A DNA stretch of 64,000 nt, taken from contig JASGJH010000001.1 of NCBI GenBank assembly GCA_047601445.1, forward strand, positions 4,320,001 to 4,384,000, read 5' to 3'. Of this stretch, positions 31,401 through 42,400 are shown piece by piece. The notes under the pieces are model-generated. The model was not told the origin of the DNA. It saw only the letters and a list, made by a program, of their open reading frames with translations, and searched no databases. The position numbers and the translations under genes are program-made. The stretch's first letter is position 1, and every line of letters starts with the position of its first letter. The stretch comes from Myxococcales bacterium. GTDB lineage: Bacteria; Myxococcota_A; Polyangia; Polyangiales; DASUME01.

Positions 31401-32561
31401 GGGCTGAGCGGCCTCGCGCGCCTCATCTGGAAGCGCCTCGAGTAGCAACGCGCTCAGCGCGCCAGCTCCAGCGTAGGCGCCCTCCTGTGCGGCGCCCGAC
31501 ACATACAACACGATCTCGCCTCGCACCCGAAGGTCCAGGCCGATCTCGCGCAGGAGCCTGGTCTTCCCGCCGCCCGCCGGCGCCTCGAACAGGCTGCAGG
31601 AGCCGCGGCCACGGCGAGCTTGCTCGAAATCCTCGCGAAGCGCCTGCAGGACCTCGCCCCTGGCCACGAAGGCGTGACTCTCGAGGAAGGCGTGCGCCAG
31701 CCCGGCAGGATCGCCGTGGCTATCCTCGGTGATCGCCGCCAGCTGGTCGATCACCTCGGCGGTGCTGGCTGGGCGCGCCATCGGGTTGACGTTGAGTAGG
31801 GCCTTGAGCAACGTCTTTAAGCGTTCGGGAATCTCGGGCCATGGGCGCTCGGCCGGCTCCGCAAGGCGCGTCGCCGCGCTACCCGGGCCCTTGCGCCAAA
31901 GCTGCGACAGCGCGGTGAACGACGCCGCAGGATAGGCATGCTCACCCACCAACAGCCAATATCCCAGCGCTCCGAGGGAGTAGAGATCCGAACGGCCGTC
32001 AATCGGCTGTCCATAGAATGCCTCCGGTGCGACCAGCGCCGGGACACCGGCGACGTCTTCGGGAATACCGAAGGACGCGAGCGTGCCGAAGTCGATCAGC
32101 TTGATGACTCCCTGATCCGTCTTCCACACGTTTCTGGGGCTGATGTCGCGGTGCACCAGCCGCCGCGCGTGGAGCACGCCAAGTGCGGAGGCCACTTCAC
32201 GCATGACGCGACACGCCTCGCGCCACGGCAAGGGTGGCGCGCCGCGCAAGTCGGCGCCGCTCAGAAGCTCCATCGTGTAGTAGGGTCCTTGGGCGTCTAC
32301 GCCGTAGTCGAAGACTACGAGCGCGTGGTCGTGGTGGAGCGTTGCAAGTGTGTGGAACTCTCGCTGAAACATGGATACTGCGCCGGCCGACGCATCGCTC
32401 CGAAGGCGCTTTAGCGCGAGCTCGACTCCGCTGAGTTCGTCGCGGACCTGGAACACTTCGCCCATCCCACCACGGGCCAGCGTGCGCTGAACTCGATAGC
32501 GACCCGAGATGAGCTCTGGCTCGCGTGTGCGCGCTTCGAACTCCATACTCCCACCGCGCAT
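28491..32561 (-). CDS. Ser/Thr protein kinase fused to AAA/STAND ATPase and helical repeats
   Basis: GGMGEV, LALK, HRDISPRN, DFG, APE; Walker A GGGKT and Walker B LLVDD. Confidence 0.92.
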   Translation of the reverse strand: MRGGSMEFEARTREPELISGRYRVQRTLARGGMGEVFQVRDELSGVELALKRLRSDASAGAVSMFQREFHTLATLHHDHALVVFDYGVDAQGPYYTMELLSGADLRGAPPLPWREACRVMREVASALGVLHARRLVHRDISPRNVWKTDQGVIKLIDFGTLASFGIPEDVAGVPALVAPEAFYGQPIDGRSDLYSLGALGYWLLVGEHAYPAASFTALSQLWRKGPGSAATRLAEPAERPWPEIPERLKTLLKALLNVNPMARPASTAEVIDQLAAITEDSHGDPAGLAHAFLESHAFVARGEVLQALREDFEQARRGRGSCSLFEAPAGGGKTRLLREIGLDLRVRGEIVLYVSGAAQEGAYAGAGALSALLLEALPDEAREAAQPYRGTLALASPRLRARLIPATERPIEVEARESRAQIQAALHDWFVAVMQRRPLVLLVDDFDALDEPSAAWLTSLSLEAASLPLMIVAARSSGRAKAATFTAEMFRQRARRCELPALRVEELEQLLTSVFGRVPYLARLAAHLHSLSEGNPGHALELCDVLVQSKVIRYLEGTWVIPHDVSRVLLPATRLELEQRRLDRLGAAERAFGRLLSVHSGGIPLEVCTALSNESGDAFSALEGLTQAGILSGSPLGYRFCNEELRAALWSELEARSARRAHRCFGRVLGGREDPTPLELLVAGVHLMRGGERPRGSEWVVKACKTARGPDAYVTLGPELENAFGEFREAGYESHELIWPLARLTAAGYFVDRRWADRYGDHTLKLLSGCLRLDLMRSLRPWLGAWLSAVIGAAVACAGFWVRRRNPRVPSFVDAMRLLFEAVTQLTGVHAICIDPDGAARCADTLRPLSGLGSRHSANYIYRYCQGLAEVIRDRQHSAHLRHRALLSVLQSTRIRGLDEASQREFLAGGLYACGTLESWRDGAGPAVLAHAAELDALHAQLYATFANRLRTLYYAHRGNFRLAEQCAKKVEEHAIRNGTAWQVETWAPAANIPVYMRTDDLIGMKRTVQELQHLAEEVPSMQLLARRAEGAYLLLRGDHVHALQSLEEQPEEPLSVVGWARSQGCMARACNALGEHARARAICMRALSEMAPEDLEFTAMNLNLPVELALAEAGLGRVEPAARQLEALLERYAPNENPLTLGALHEARAQVALLAGEREAYREHARAMRAWYVPTAQPSLIQRCERLIEEGRDARELAAGALDDSGTVRIALGASVREMLTESRTLAECAGRALSVLVHRAGSEEEGYLFLVEGAELRLVATTKGSEMPAQVELWARGCAQRRGRDVDHPVSENLLPLGKRRYRWLPLVSKHGLVGAAVLAEGGAPLLTLGEDTQDIVCAALQAFRRSEPRKVQG

Positions 32562-32716
32562 TATCCTTCAGGCGGCATCGGGGCGCCGGTGCCTTGGCGA
32601 TCCTGAGCAAAGCTCCATGCACAAAAGGGCACGCCGTCGAGCGTCTCCGCTCGGTGCAGTGCCCAATCTCAGGGTCGTGTGTGCCACTCCAAACGCGCGC
32701 GCCCTAATCTAATGAG

Positions 32717-34534
32717 ATGGGTCTGCGCGCGAACTTGCGTTCTCATGCAAGAGGCTATTTCGACGCGACGCACGAGGTCGTGCTGCTGCTGGCCGCGGTG
32801 CTTTTGATCACGGTCGGCGTGAGTTCGTCCGCCCCCGTTGCGGTCGCCGCCGCAAGTTTGCTCGCGGCCTGGGCAGCCGTAGGCATCGCGGTGAAGCGGT
32901 CCGCTTCCCCCCGCACCAAGCCAGCGCCCCATCATGAGCAACACGTGAGCGATCCGAGACTGCGGGCGCCGGAGGAGCGACAGACAACGCGCAGCACCTC
33001 GCAGGTGGAGCGCACCTTCTTCGAGGCCGTCCTCGAGGCCACGCCCGAGCTCGTCGCGATCGCCTCCGCGGATCGCAGACTCACGTACATGAACGCGTCG
33101 GGCAGGCGTCTGCTCGGGATAGACGGCGTCGAAGACATCTCACGACGTACCCTGCTCGATCTGCCTGCGAGCGTGTCGACGGCTCGCAGCGTCGAGGAGA
33201 TGCTGCCGAGGGCGGAGCACAGTGGCAGCTGGAGTGGAGACATTGTCTTGCGGCACGGCGACGGCTCCACCGTCCCGGTCTTTCAAACGTTGATCTGCGC
33301 GCGGCGCGAGAGCGGTCCCGCCGAGGCCTACGCATTGATCGCGCGAGACCTCAGGGATCGCGCGCAGCTCGAGAAGGCCTTGCTCGAGGCGTCGGCCCAA
33401 CTCGAGCACGCTCGCCGCCTCGAGGCCGTGGGCCGGCTCGCTGGAGAGTTCGCGCACGACTTCAACAACCTCATCACGGTGATGGCATGCGTCAGCTCGC
33501 TGGCGCTGCGCAAGCTCTCGCCCGACCACCCTGCACGGCCCGAGGTCCTCGAACTTCAACACGTCAGCGAACGCGCGACGGCCTTGGCACGCCAACTCTT
33601 GACCTTCAGCCGCAAACGCGCGAGCGAGCCTCGCATCGTGGAGATTAACGCCCTATTGCTCGGGCTGCGAGCTCTGATGGTTCGCGTCTTGGGCGAGCAT
33701 ATCGAGCTCGATTGGCGGCTCGCGCGCGATCTCGGTCGGGTGCGCATCGATCCCGCAACGCTCGAGCAAGTCGTCGTCAACTTGGTGATCAACGCCCGTG
33801 ACGCCATGCCCACAGGAGGCGTGGTGACGTTGGAAACCGAGAACGTCGCGCCACAATCATCCCTTACCGAGCGCGCCTCGGCGCCGAGCCACTATGTCCG
33901 GATCAACGTACGCGACACGGGTGTCGGTATGGGGCCGACCACGCAGCTTCGCATGTTCGAGCCGTTCTTCACCACCAAGGGATCCAAAGGGACGGGCCTG
34001 GGCCTCGCGACCGTTCACTCTATCATCGAGCAGAACGGCGGCTTCGTGGCCGTGCAGAGCGAAAAGGGTGTCGGGACGAGCATCGAGGTTTGCCTCCCGA
34101 AGGTCGCCGACGAGGTCACACCGCCGCGGGCCATCGAAGGAGCGAGAGAGCCCTGGCTGCCAGGTCAGCACGTACTCGTGGTCGACGACGATGATTCGCT
34201 GAGGGCGCTCCTCACCCGGGTACTCGAAGCCGAGGGATATCATGTGCGTTCTGCGGCCAACGCCCACGCAGCACGCGAGCTCGTCGAGGAGCAGAAGCAG
34301 GGGGTCGATCTGTTGCTCTCGGATATGGTGATGCCTGGCCCCTCGGGCTCCGAATTGGCCTCTGCCCTCAAGCGACGACTGCCCGCTCTGCGGGTGATCT
34401 TCATGTCCGGTCATCTGGACCACCTCGACGCCACCAATATCCATGGCGCGCCCCTGCTACACAAACCCTTTCCTCCCGAACTGCTCTTGCAGACGATTCA
34501 CGAACTACTCGTGCCCCCGGCGAGCGCGCCATGA
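32717..34534 (+). CDS. PAS hybrid histidine kinase/response regulator
   Basis: AHDFNNL, NLVINARDAM, FEPFFTTK, GTGLGL, C-terminal receiver. Confidence 0.93.
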   Translation: MGLRANLRSHARGYFDATHEVVLLLAAVLLITVGVSSSAPVAVAAASLLAAWAAVGIAVKRSASPRTKPAPHHEQHVSDPRLRAPEERQTTRSTSQVERTFFEAVLEATPELVAIASADRRLTYMNASGRRLLGIDGVEDISRRTLLDLPASVSTARSVEEMLPRAEHSGSWSGDIVLRHGDGSTVPVFQTLICARRESGPAEAYALIARDLRDRAQLEKALLEASAQLEHARRLEAVGRLAGEFAHDFNNLITVMACVSSLALRKLSPDHPARPEVLELQHVSERATALARQLLTFSRKRASEPRIVEINALLLGLRALMVRVLGEHIELDWRLARDLGRVRIDPATLEQVVVNLVINARDAMPTGGVVTLETENVAPQSSLTERASAPSHYVRINVRDTGVGMGPTTQLRMFEPFFTTKGSKGTGLGLATVHSIIEQNGGFVAVQSEKGVGTSIEVCLPKVADEVTPPRAIEGAREPWLPGQHVLVVDDDDSLRALLTRVLEAEGYHVRSAANAHAARELVEEQKQGVDLLLSDMVMPGPSGSELASALKRRLPALRVIFMSGHLDHLDATNIHGAPLLHKPFPPELLLQTIHELLVPPASAP

Positions 34535-34591
34535 GCCGATCCCATTGTGGGCCTTGGGCGAGCCATAGGTTCACCGAAGACAGCCCGCCAC

Positions 34592-35233
34592 CTACTTGAA
34601 CGCCTTCTCGAACTCGTGCAGGAAGTGCTCCCGCGAGTGGAACTCCGCAAGCGTGCGTCCCCAGGTCCGCTCGGCCTCCTGGAACGCTCTCTTCGACAGC
34701 GCCGGGCTCGCGGTCGCCGCGATGACCAGCGCCGGGTGGAGCCTCCGCATCGCCTGACGCTGTAGCTTCGAATCGGACCGCAGGACCTCGTGGACCAAGT
34801 TCACCTCGAACGGCTCATCGAGCGACTCCGGCTTGTCCCCAACAACCGCACAATGTTGGACCGCGGCATCGTACAGGCGGTTATGAGCGTCCAGGAAGGA
34901 CTCGATGGTGAGGACCCCCGGGGCCGAAGCGGCCAGCGTCATACTCGCCTCCCGCAGGTGAAAAAAGGGCGGGTCCGCGGCCAGGAAATAGCCCAAGTAC
35001 GGAGCGGCCGCCTCGAGCTTCTTCACAAATGCGATCGAGCGCGCGTCCCTGGGCAGGCTGCCGATGCCGGAAGATTCGAACGAGAGCATGAAGCACGAAC
35101 GCTTCGCACGCGCAGCAGCTGGCTTCTTGGACAACTCATCCAACAACCTTGCCAAAACCTTCACGTTGCCCGCTTGAAGGTCCGCTCCGCTGATCGATAG
35201 GATAACCGTCTCTTCTCCAAAGCCCATTGTCAC
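34592..35233 (-). CDS. Hypothetical protein, CRR6/DUF1817-like N-terminal domain
   Basis: FMLSFE...RSIAFVKKLEAAAPYLGYFL resembles the CRR6 motif; 4-bp overlap with the upstream gene. Confidence 0.5.
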   Translation of the reverse strand: MTMGFGEETVILSISGADLQAGNVKVLARLLDELSKKPAAARAKRSCFMLSFESSGIGSLPRDARSIAFVKKLEAAAPYLGYFLAADPPFFHLREASMTLAASAPGVLTIESFLDAHNRLYDAAVQHCAVVGDKPESLDEPFEVNLVHEVLRSDSKLQRQAMRRLHPALVIAATASPALSKRAFQEAERTWGRTLAEFHSREHFLHEFEKAFK

Positions 35234-36315
35234 GTCCCCACCGCGGCGAGCATCCGCTGGGACAGCGACATGAGAAGGATCCAGATCTCCGCTTCCGCGT
35301 TACGATCGGTCTTTGTGCCGAGGTCGCGCCGCCAGTTCGTCGGCACCCAGACGCATTGTTCGCCGAATTCGGAATTCAGCGCAAAAGGACGCACGCTCGC
35401 CGCCGCCAGCGCTGCCGACCTCTCGAAGGGCGCGGCAAAATAGTCGAGCACGCTCAAGCCGTCCGATTCGCAGAGGTCATTCAACTCCATGACAATCGGA
35501 GCGTACACGGGGTGGCCAGAGCCGCGCTCGAGGACCTCTGCGGCGGTGCCGACGAGCTCGATGTGCTCGGCAACGTGCAGGTCATTGACCATCTCGAGAT
35601 AGCCATACGTTCCGTCTCGTGGATCTGCCAACTTCCGCTTCGCTGTCTCACGGCACAGCAGTCCGAAAGCTGCGCCCGGCCGCCGGGTGCAGAGCGCAAG
35701 CGACGACAACATGCCAAATGCTTCGAACGCCCTCGTGCCAAGGAGACTGCTGCACAGCGTAAACGCCGACGAGTAGCAAGCTGGCAAACCAGTCAGATGT
35801 TCCATGAGTTGAAACGCGTTGAGCCCCCGATAGTGCGTCCAGAATTGAGCATAGACTGCGTTGCCTTCGAGTACGGCGAGGTCCGAAATGCCGTCCGTCT
35901 GCGGCGCTTGCAGTGCGACCAGCCGATCCTCGAGCTGTTCAGCGACGTGCGAAGGTGGGATCTGCGGCAGATCGTTGAGATTGGTGACAGGCCACTTGAC
36001 GCAGTCGCGCAGCAGCGCATACCGCTCGACGGCTATCAAGTAGGGAAAGCCCATTGTTGCAATCTGGATGGCGTGAGTCACCTCATGGGTGATTCCCTCG
36101 ATGATGGAGCGCCGGCCGAGATCCAGCTGCGACAGGTCCGGACAGTTCAGCGCTGCGTGCAGGTCTTCGAGCGTCGCGTTTAGCCGCACGACTCCCGTGG
36201 GCCAGTCCAGGTAAGCGACCTGGTGGTCGTCCATCTGCAAGCTCGCAAAATGGTTTGCCCATGAGTGAGTCATGGGCGCGCAAACCGCATGGTTATCTGC
36301 TCTTTCATCGTCCAA
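35230..36315 (-). CDS. Putative zinc metallopeptidase (HExxH...E)
   Basis: ITHEVTHAIQ with a downstream LEGNA third-ligand-type motif. Start may be 36273. Confidence 0.6.
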   Translation of the reverse strand: MDDERADNHAVCAPMTHSWANHFASLQMDDHQVAYLDWPTGVVRLNATLEDLHAALNCPDLSQLDLGRRSIIEGITHEVTHAIQIATMGFPYLIAVERYALLRDCVKWPVTNLNDLPQIPPSHVAEQLEDRLVALQAPQTDGISDLAVLEGNAVYAQFWTHYRGLNAFQLMEHLTGLPACYSSAFTLCSSLLGTRAFEAFGMLSSLALCTRRPGAAFGLLCRETAKRKLADPRDGTYGYLEMVNDLHVAEHIELVGTAAEVLERGSGHPVYAPIVMELNDLCESDGLSVLDYFAAPFERSAALAAASVRPFALNSEFGEQCVWVPTNWRRDLGTKTDRNAEAEIWILLMSLSQRMLAAVGT

Positions 36316-36917
36316 CCACGCGGTTCGTTGGTCGCTTCGATGATCTTGGCGTCCTCGAGTCGACGCAGCGATTGTTGCAGAGCCGACTCGTCCACGAACG
36401 GAAGGCGCTCGCTCGCTCGCTGCTCGTTAAGGCGTTCCAGCAGGCTTTCAGCCGCAGTCCACGTGTTGCGATTCTTGTGGACCCACAACGTCCACAAGAC
36501 GATCGCCTCGTCACGGTGAAGCTTCTCGCCCTTCAACTTGTCGGAATTGCTGTATATCGCAAGCGCGGCACCGATGCTCGCGATCGCCAGTGCCGGCACG
36601 GCCACTCCCGCGACGAGAACCGCGGGAGCCGCCGCGGCCACGGCCAGCGGCTTCACCGCACCGACGAGACCTGCAACCCCCAGAATAAGACGCCCCACCT
36701 TCCGTTGGGTGGCGTCGACCGGCGACTGCATTTGTACTAGCTCCGGCGATTTCGCCTCACCCATGGGAGTGACGTAGGACTGGACAACGCTGAGCACACG
36801 CGCGCGATCGTCACTATTCAGCTCCGGGTGAGCCTCACTCAGGTAGGCCGCCACCGCGGCCGTCACGGCACCTTCGTGCCCCTCAGGAATGCTGTCCGGT
36901 CTCATGTTACCCCTCAC
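36270..36917 (-). CDS. Hypothetical protein: hydrophobic hairpin plus wHTH-like C-terminus
   Basis: Central Ala/Val-rich hydrophobic segment; LQQSLRRLEDAKII...W. RBS GAGG upstream of ATG 36905. Confidence 0.6.
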   Translation of the reverse strand: MRGNMRPDSIPEGHEGAVTAAVAAYLSEAHPELNSDDRARVLSVVQSYVTPMGEAKSPELVQMQSPVDATQRKVGRLILGVAGLVGAVKPLAVAAAAPAVLVAGVAVPALAIASIGAALAIYSNSDKLKGEKLHRDEAIVLWTLWVHKNRNTWTAAESLLERLNEQRASERLPFVDESALQQSLRRLEDAKIIEATNEPRGWTMKEQITMRFARP

Positions 36918-37361
36918 GCAACCACGTACTCACTCGGAGAACCGTTGACGGAGTGCGGCGAAGCGAGTCGAGTCGACACCACGCATTTGGCCTTCCGGGC
37001 GAAGACCAGACGACACCACAGCCCATCATGAGCGGCCTGGGATGCAGCAAAGGTTGCACGCCTGTGTGCTCACCAGCAAGCGGAGAGCGCGGAGATTCTA
37101 TAGGTACATTTTTCGGGCACGCGAAGCTTCGGCAATCCGATCTCGACATTCGAGGACGCGAAGGATCAGCGATAAGGACAAGGCCGACGACGACGCTCAC
37201 GACAAGCTCAAGAGCGGCTCCGACGAAGCCGGCGGCGCGACGGACTGAGCGGGAGCAGCCTCAGTACCGCTGGCAGTTAGAGGTCACGAGTTGGATCGCA
37301 TCGGCGCCGCGCGTAGTCATTTGTTCGCTGAGCGTCTCCACTAGAGATGTAGACTGCGCCC

Positions 37362-39326
37362 ATGCCGTCACTCCGCACCCTCATGCTAGCAGTTGCCTTG
37401 TCTGTCGCTGCCGCGTCGGCGGTCCAAGCCGACGTCGTCCAACTCAAGGACCGCACGATCGACCTCGACCCTCACCTGCAGGGCTTCCCGTACAACAACA
37501 TCTACATCGACCTGCGCGGGTCGAAGATTTTCTACCAGCGCAGGGGCAAGACCGACGAGCTCATGATGCTGACCTACGACCCTGCTTCCAGGAGCAAGGT
37601 CGACCTATCCAAGGGCAGCGTCATCTCGCCGCGGGACTTCGCCAAGCGCAATCTGTGGGGTGCAGCCTGGAGCCCCGTGACGAAGTCGATCATCATCCAA
37701 GCCGACGAGCAGAACGACGAGATCGTGAACCTCTACTCGCTCGACCCCAAGACCGGCGTCGAGAAGCGGTTGACCAACACCGCGTACATCTACGGATGGC
37801 GGCTCAGCGACGACGCACGAAGGGTCGCCTACGTCACGCGCGCCACCAAGGACGAGATGTCGCCATCCGAGGTGCACGTGCTTGACCTCGGCAGTGGCCA
37901 AGACCGCACCCTGTACACGGACACGCCGGCGCGGAAGATCGTGTGGACAGACGTAGCTTGGCAACCGAACGGACGGGGCGTTCTGCTGTCGTTCAACGCC
38001 AACGGCGATCGGCGCCGGAAGAATCTCTTGTATGTGCCGTTCGACACGAAGGCCGGGCCGCGCGTACTCACCGACTCGAACGCTCGGCGCTACACGGTCC
38101 GCCCGCTGGAGAAGTGGCTCGGAAACGACGAGTTCCTCTACACTTCCGACGAGGCGGGAGTCGTCTCGGTCTACCGCGGTTCACTGACCGAAGGCGCGCC
38201 ACCGGTGCGCGTGACGGCCGCTGGTGACAACGTCAAGGACGCGGCGCTGCTAGCCGATGGCAAGCGTCGCACGCTGGTGGCCATCATCGGGGATCCGCTC
38301 AAGAGCACGATCACGACAGTAGATCCCCGGACCGGTGCGGTCCTAGAAAAGGAGACCCGCGACGGCCAGTGGACCATGGACATGTCGATCGACAAGCGCG
38401 TCATCCTGCACGGGACTTCACTCTCGGTTCCCCTGGCAGACATCGAGCTAAGGCTGAAGGGACGCGGTTTCGAAAGGTTCGAACGGCTCGCTTACCCCGA
38501 TGACCTGCTGACCACGATCATTCAGTGCGACGTCGAAAAGGTCAGCTTTCCGACCTTCGACAAGCTCTCGGCGCCCGGTGAGCAGGGCACGCTGCACGCA
38601 TACCTGCTCAAACCCAAACGACCCACCGCCGTGCCCGACCGACGAGCGCTGGTCGTCGCATTCTATGGCGGCGACAATAAGTTCCTGCGGAACTTCGGCA
38701 TCCTTTGCGACGCTGGCTACTACGTCATGAGCCCAGCGCCTCGCGGCACCAGCGATTTCGGCAGCGACTTCCTCGATCTGGCCGCGGGTGATTGGGGCGG
38801 TGCCGAGACGCTCGACGACTTCGCGGCCGGCAAGTACCTCCGGGACCAGCTAGCGATTCCCGCGCAACGCATTGGCATCATGGGCCACAGCCGCGGCGGC
38901 TACGACACGATGCGCGCGATGACCTTTCCCGGCACGGTCAACGGCGTGAAGGAAGATTTCCGTTTCGGCTTCGGCATCTCCGGATCGGGCATCAGCAACA
39001 TCATTCGTGCCGCCAAGGACGGGAACATCTCGCAGTGGTACGCGAACCTGACCGGCGGTGATCCGTCGAAGGACCCGGCGAAATGGAACGACCGCTCGCC
39101 CGAGGTTCACGCGAACATGTTGTCGGGCCCGATCTTGCTCACGCACGGGAGCAAAGACAACCGGGTGCCCGTGACGGAGAGCCGCGCGATGCACAGCACG
39201 CTGAAGAAGCTAGGCAAGCCGTCCCACTACCTCGAGCTCGAGGGACAGGGCCATGCCTACGTCGGCATCGAGGCTCAAACGCGCTTCTGGCACGCCGTCT
39301 TCGAGTTCCTCGATGGTCTGCGCTGA
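37362..39326 (+). CDS. S9 (prolyl oligopeptidase family) secreted peptidase
   Basis: Signal peptide, beta-propeller, GHSRGG nucleophile, HGSKDNRVP, GQGH. Confidence 0.92.
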   Translation: MPSLRTLMLAVALSVAAASAVQADVVQLKDRTIDLDPHLQGFPYNNIYIDLRGSKIFYQRRGKTDELMMLTYDPASRSKVDLSKGSVISPRDFAKRNLWGAAWSPVTKSIIIQADEQNDEIVNLYSLDPKTGVEKRLTNTAYIYGWRLSDDARRVAYVTRATKDEMSPSEVHVLDLGSGQDRTLYTDTPARKIVWTDVAWQPNGRGVLLSFNANGDRRRKNLLYVPFDTKAGPRVLTDSNARRYTVRPLEKWLGNDEFLYTSDEAGVVSVYRGSLTEGAPPVRVTAAGDNVKDAALLADGKRRTLVAIIGDPLKSTITTVDPRTGAVLEKETRDGQWTMDMSIDKRVILHGTSLSVPLADIELRLKGRGFERFERLAYPDDLLTTIIQCDVEKVSFPTFDKLSAPGEQGTLHAYLLKPKRPTAVPDRRALVVAFYGGDNKFLRNFGILCDAGYYVMSPAPRGTSDFGSDFLDLAAGDWGGAETLDDFAAGKYLRDQLAIPAQRIGIMGHSRGGYDTMRAMTFPGTVNGVKEDFRFGFGISGSGISNIIRAAKDGNISQWYANLTGGDPSKDPAKWNDRSPEVHANMLSGPILLTHGSKDNRVPVTESRAMHSTLKKLGKPSHYLELEGQGHAYVGIEAQTRFWHAVFEFLDGLR

Positions 39327-39403
39327 CATCGATCGTCGACGGCTGGGCCGACCACCATGCGGAGCAGGATTCCAAAGAGACGCCCCGTGGAGAACAACCG
39401 AGG

Positions 39404-42400
39404 TCATCCCTTCGATCCGCTGCGTGCGTCCAGAAGCGCGCGGGCCTTTTCGCACAACGCTTCCCGCGAGATCGGCTTCTGCAGCCGTCCCACGCCAGCC
39501 TGCGTGTCCGCCTCGTTGGGTACGTACTCCCCCGTGTAGCCGGAAATGAACAGAACTGCCGCGTGGGGCAATTCGGGTGCGAGCCGCTCGTAAAGCTCTC
39601 GACCGCCCATCCCGGGCATGACGATATCGGTGACCAACAGGTCCAGGCTCCCCCCGAGTTTTCGCGCGACGTCGAGGGCCTCGAGAGAGCTGCCGAAGGC
39701 GAGGACGTGGTAGCCCTCGGCCTCGAGGACTTCCCGCACGACGTTGCGGACCGCATCGTTGTCGTCAACGACGAGCACCGTCTCGCCGCCCCCTGAACGC
39801 GCGACCGCGTCTCGACCCGCACTGAGCGACCTCTGCGCGAGCGGCGTGCCATCCGTCACGCACGGAAGCGTAATCTCGAACGTCGTCCCGCGGCCAGGCT
39901 CGCTGTGAACGGACATCTCGCCCCCGTGCTGCTTCACGATGCCGTAGACGGTCGGCAGCCCGAGGCCGGTCCCCTTCCCTGGCGGCTTGGTAGTAAAGAA
40001 GGGATCGAACAGCTTGTCGAGGGTGATGGTGTCCATCCCTTGACCCGTGTCGTGCACACGCAGCACGACGGCGGCCCGTCGCACCGGTGGCTCGTCGTTG
40101 GGCTGGTCGACGTCGCTGGCCAGCAGGGTCCCCTGCCGCGTCTCGAAGGTGATCGTTCCCGAGCTCGGCATGGCGTCGGCAGCGTTCGTCCCGAGGTTCA
40201 TGAGCACGCGTTGCATCTGTGCGTGGTCTGCCAGCACCAGCTTGATCGCGCGATCCAAGTCGAGGCGAACCTCGATGTCCTCTCGCACCAGGCGGCGGAA
40301 CATCCGCTCGAAGCTGAGGAGCTCCTGGTTGAGATCGAGCTCGCGCGGCTCCAGAACTTGCTGGCGCCCGAAAGCGAGCAGCTGGCGGGTGAGGCTCGCG
40401 GCGCTCTCAGCAGCGTCACGGACCTGCGCAATCTGCGCACGGATGGGAGACTTCTCGGGCAGCGCGCCGATAGCCAGCTCCGAGTAAATCAGGATTGGCG
40501 TGAGCAGGTTGTTGAAGTCATGTGCGATGCCGCCGGAAAGCCTACCTATCGACTCGAGCCGCTGGGCCTGGTGCAACTGCGCCTCGAGGCGCGCGCGATC
40601 GGTTTCCATCTCACGTTGCGCGCTGATGTCCTGAAAGGCGACGATGGCGTAGCGCACCGCGCCGTCTTGGCCGTGAATCGGCGTGGCCCAGGCGGCGATC
40701 GGCACGGTGCGATCGCGCCGCGCCACCGCGATGTCGTCCACCATGACCGTCTCTCCTTGGAGGGCTCGCGAGGCCGGCAATCGCTCCATCGGGTACGCCT
40801 CGTTGGTGCCGGCGACCACGATGTGATGGGCCATCGTGGCCTGTGCCAGCGTCGGCGTTGGATCGTGGGGTGCCCCGGTGATCTCGATGGCTTTGCGATT
40901 CGCAAGCGTGATCTCGCCGCGCGGGTTCACCACGTAGACCCCGACCGGCATGCCCTCGAGGAAGTCACGCAGCAGCGCTTCGCTCCCGCGCAGCGAATCG
41001 TAGAGTCGGGCGTTCTCGAGCGAGATGGCCGCCTGGACGACCAACAGGCGCAGCATCTCGAGGCGCTTCTTGGTGAAAGCATCGCTCGACAGGTCGTTTT
41101 CGAGAAACAGCACCGCGGTGATGCGGTCGCGGTGACGCACGGGCAGCGAGACGATCGATTTGGACGCGCGCGCACGCACGTAGGGGTCCGCGGTGAAGGC
41201 GCCAGCTTCCGCCGCGTTGGCGAGCACGACGTCCTCTCCGCTCCGCAACGTGTGCAGGACGATGGCCTCCGACACCAGAATGCGTCCGTTCCCTTGATGG
41301 TCGCCGGAAACCTCGAGCAACCCGCGCTCGACGTCCAGGCGTGCCTCCAGACGAAGCTGTCCATCGCGTTCGACCAGCAATGCGGCGCGCTGCGCCCCGG
41401 CCGCCTCCACGCAGATGTGCATCAGCTTCTCGAGCAGCTTGTCGAGCACCACTTCGCTCGACAGCGTCTCGGCCGCCTTGAACAACGTCAGGGCATCGAA
41501 GCTCACCCCCTCCCCTGATGTAATCGGCGTCGTCCAGCGTCGCGCCGCGGGCAGTGAAAGGAGAACCACCTCCTCTTCGAGTTGCTTTACCTTGGCGGAT
41601 GCCCCGTAGTGGGACCACGTGTCGAGCGCCCCTCGGAACCACTGCGCCGCCACGTGCGGATGCCCCTGCGAAAGGCAGAAGCGCGCGTAGAGTTCCTGGG
41701 CGAGTGCCTGCTCGTGGAGCGCCCCGGCCTGTGCGGCGGCCTCGATCGCGGCATGGAAATGGGGTTCGGGGCTCCCCCCCTCGACGCGCTCGAGCTCTGC
41801 GCGCAACAGTTCGTGCTTGTGACGGTAGTTTTCGGGACAGTGCTTGGCCCAGCGGCTCAGCTGCGCCTCGAACACATGGCTCCTCGCCAGACGGGTCGCG
41901 CGCTCCGCAGGCGATCCGCGCTCGGCGGCCGCCACCAGCGAGAGAGCAGCGTAGGTCGCGAAGACGGGTCGAATGTCGAGGCAAGCGAGCACATCCTCAT
42001 GCTGCGCACCCTGCTCGAGCCACCCGAGCGCCCCATCCACGTCTCCGAACACGAATGCCAGCTGAAGTCGCGTGGTCGCGTACTCTCCGAGGGCGTAGCG
42101 GTCATGGGAGCCAGGGCGCACGATGGCCGACTCAGTCTCCTCTTCGAAGCGCCCGCGCTGCGGGGTCGCCCCCTGCAGGCAGCGGATGGCCTGCTGGTAC
42201 AGCTTGAGCTGACTGGTCCACCCGCGCTGGCCGGGACGGCCGACGAGGGGTTCGAGTACCGCGGCCGTGCTCCGCAGCTCGTCGCCCGCGAGCAACAGCG
42301 TGCGCACGACCTTTAGCTCGCTGTACCACGCCCACATCAGCTCTCCGGACTCGATGCCTTTCGCCGCGATGACGTGAAGCTCGGGAATGACGGAACGCAG

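Noticed and set aside
36920..37260. Possible attC-like site or small ORF in the intergenic region
   Set aside because: No convincing paired R/L boxes or integrase; the short acidic ORF fragment has no clear start.
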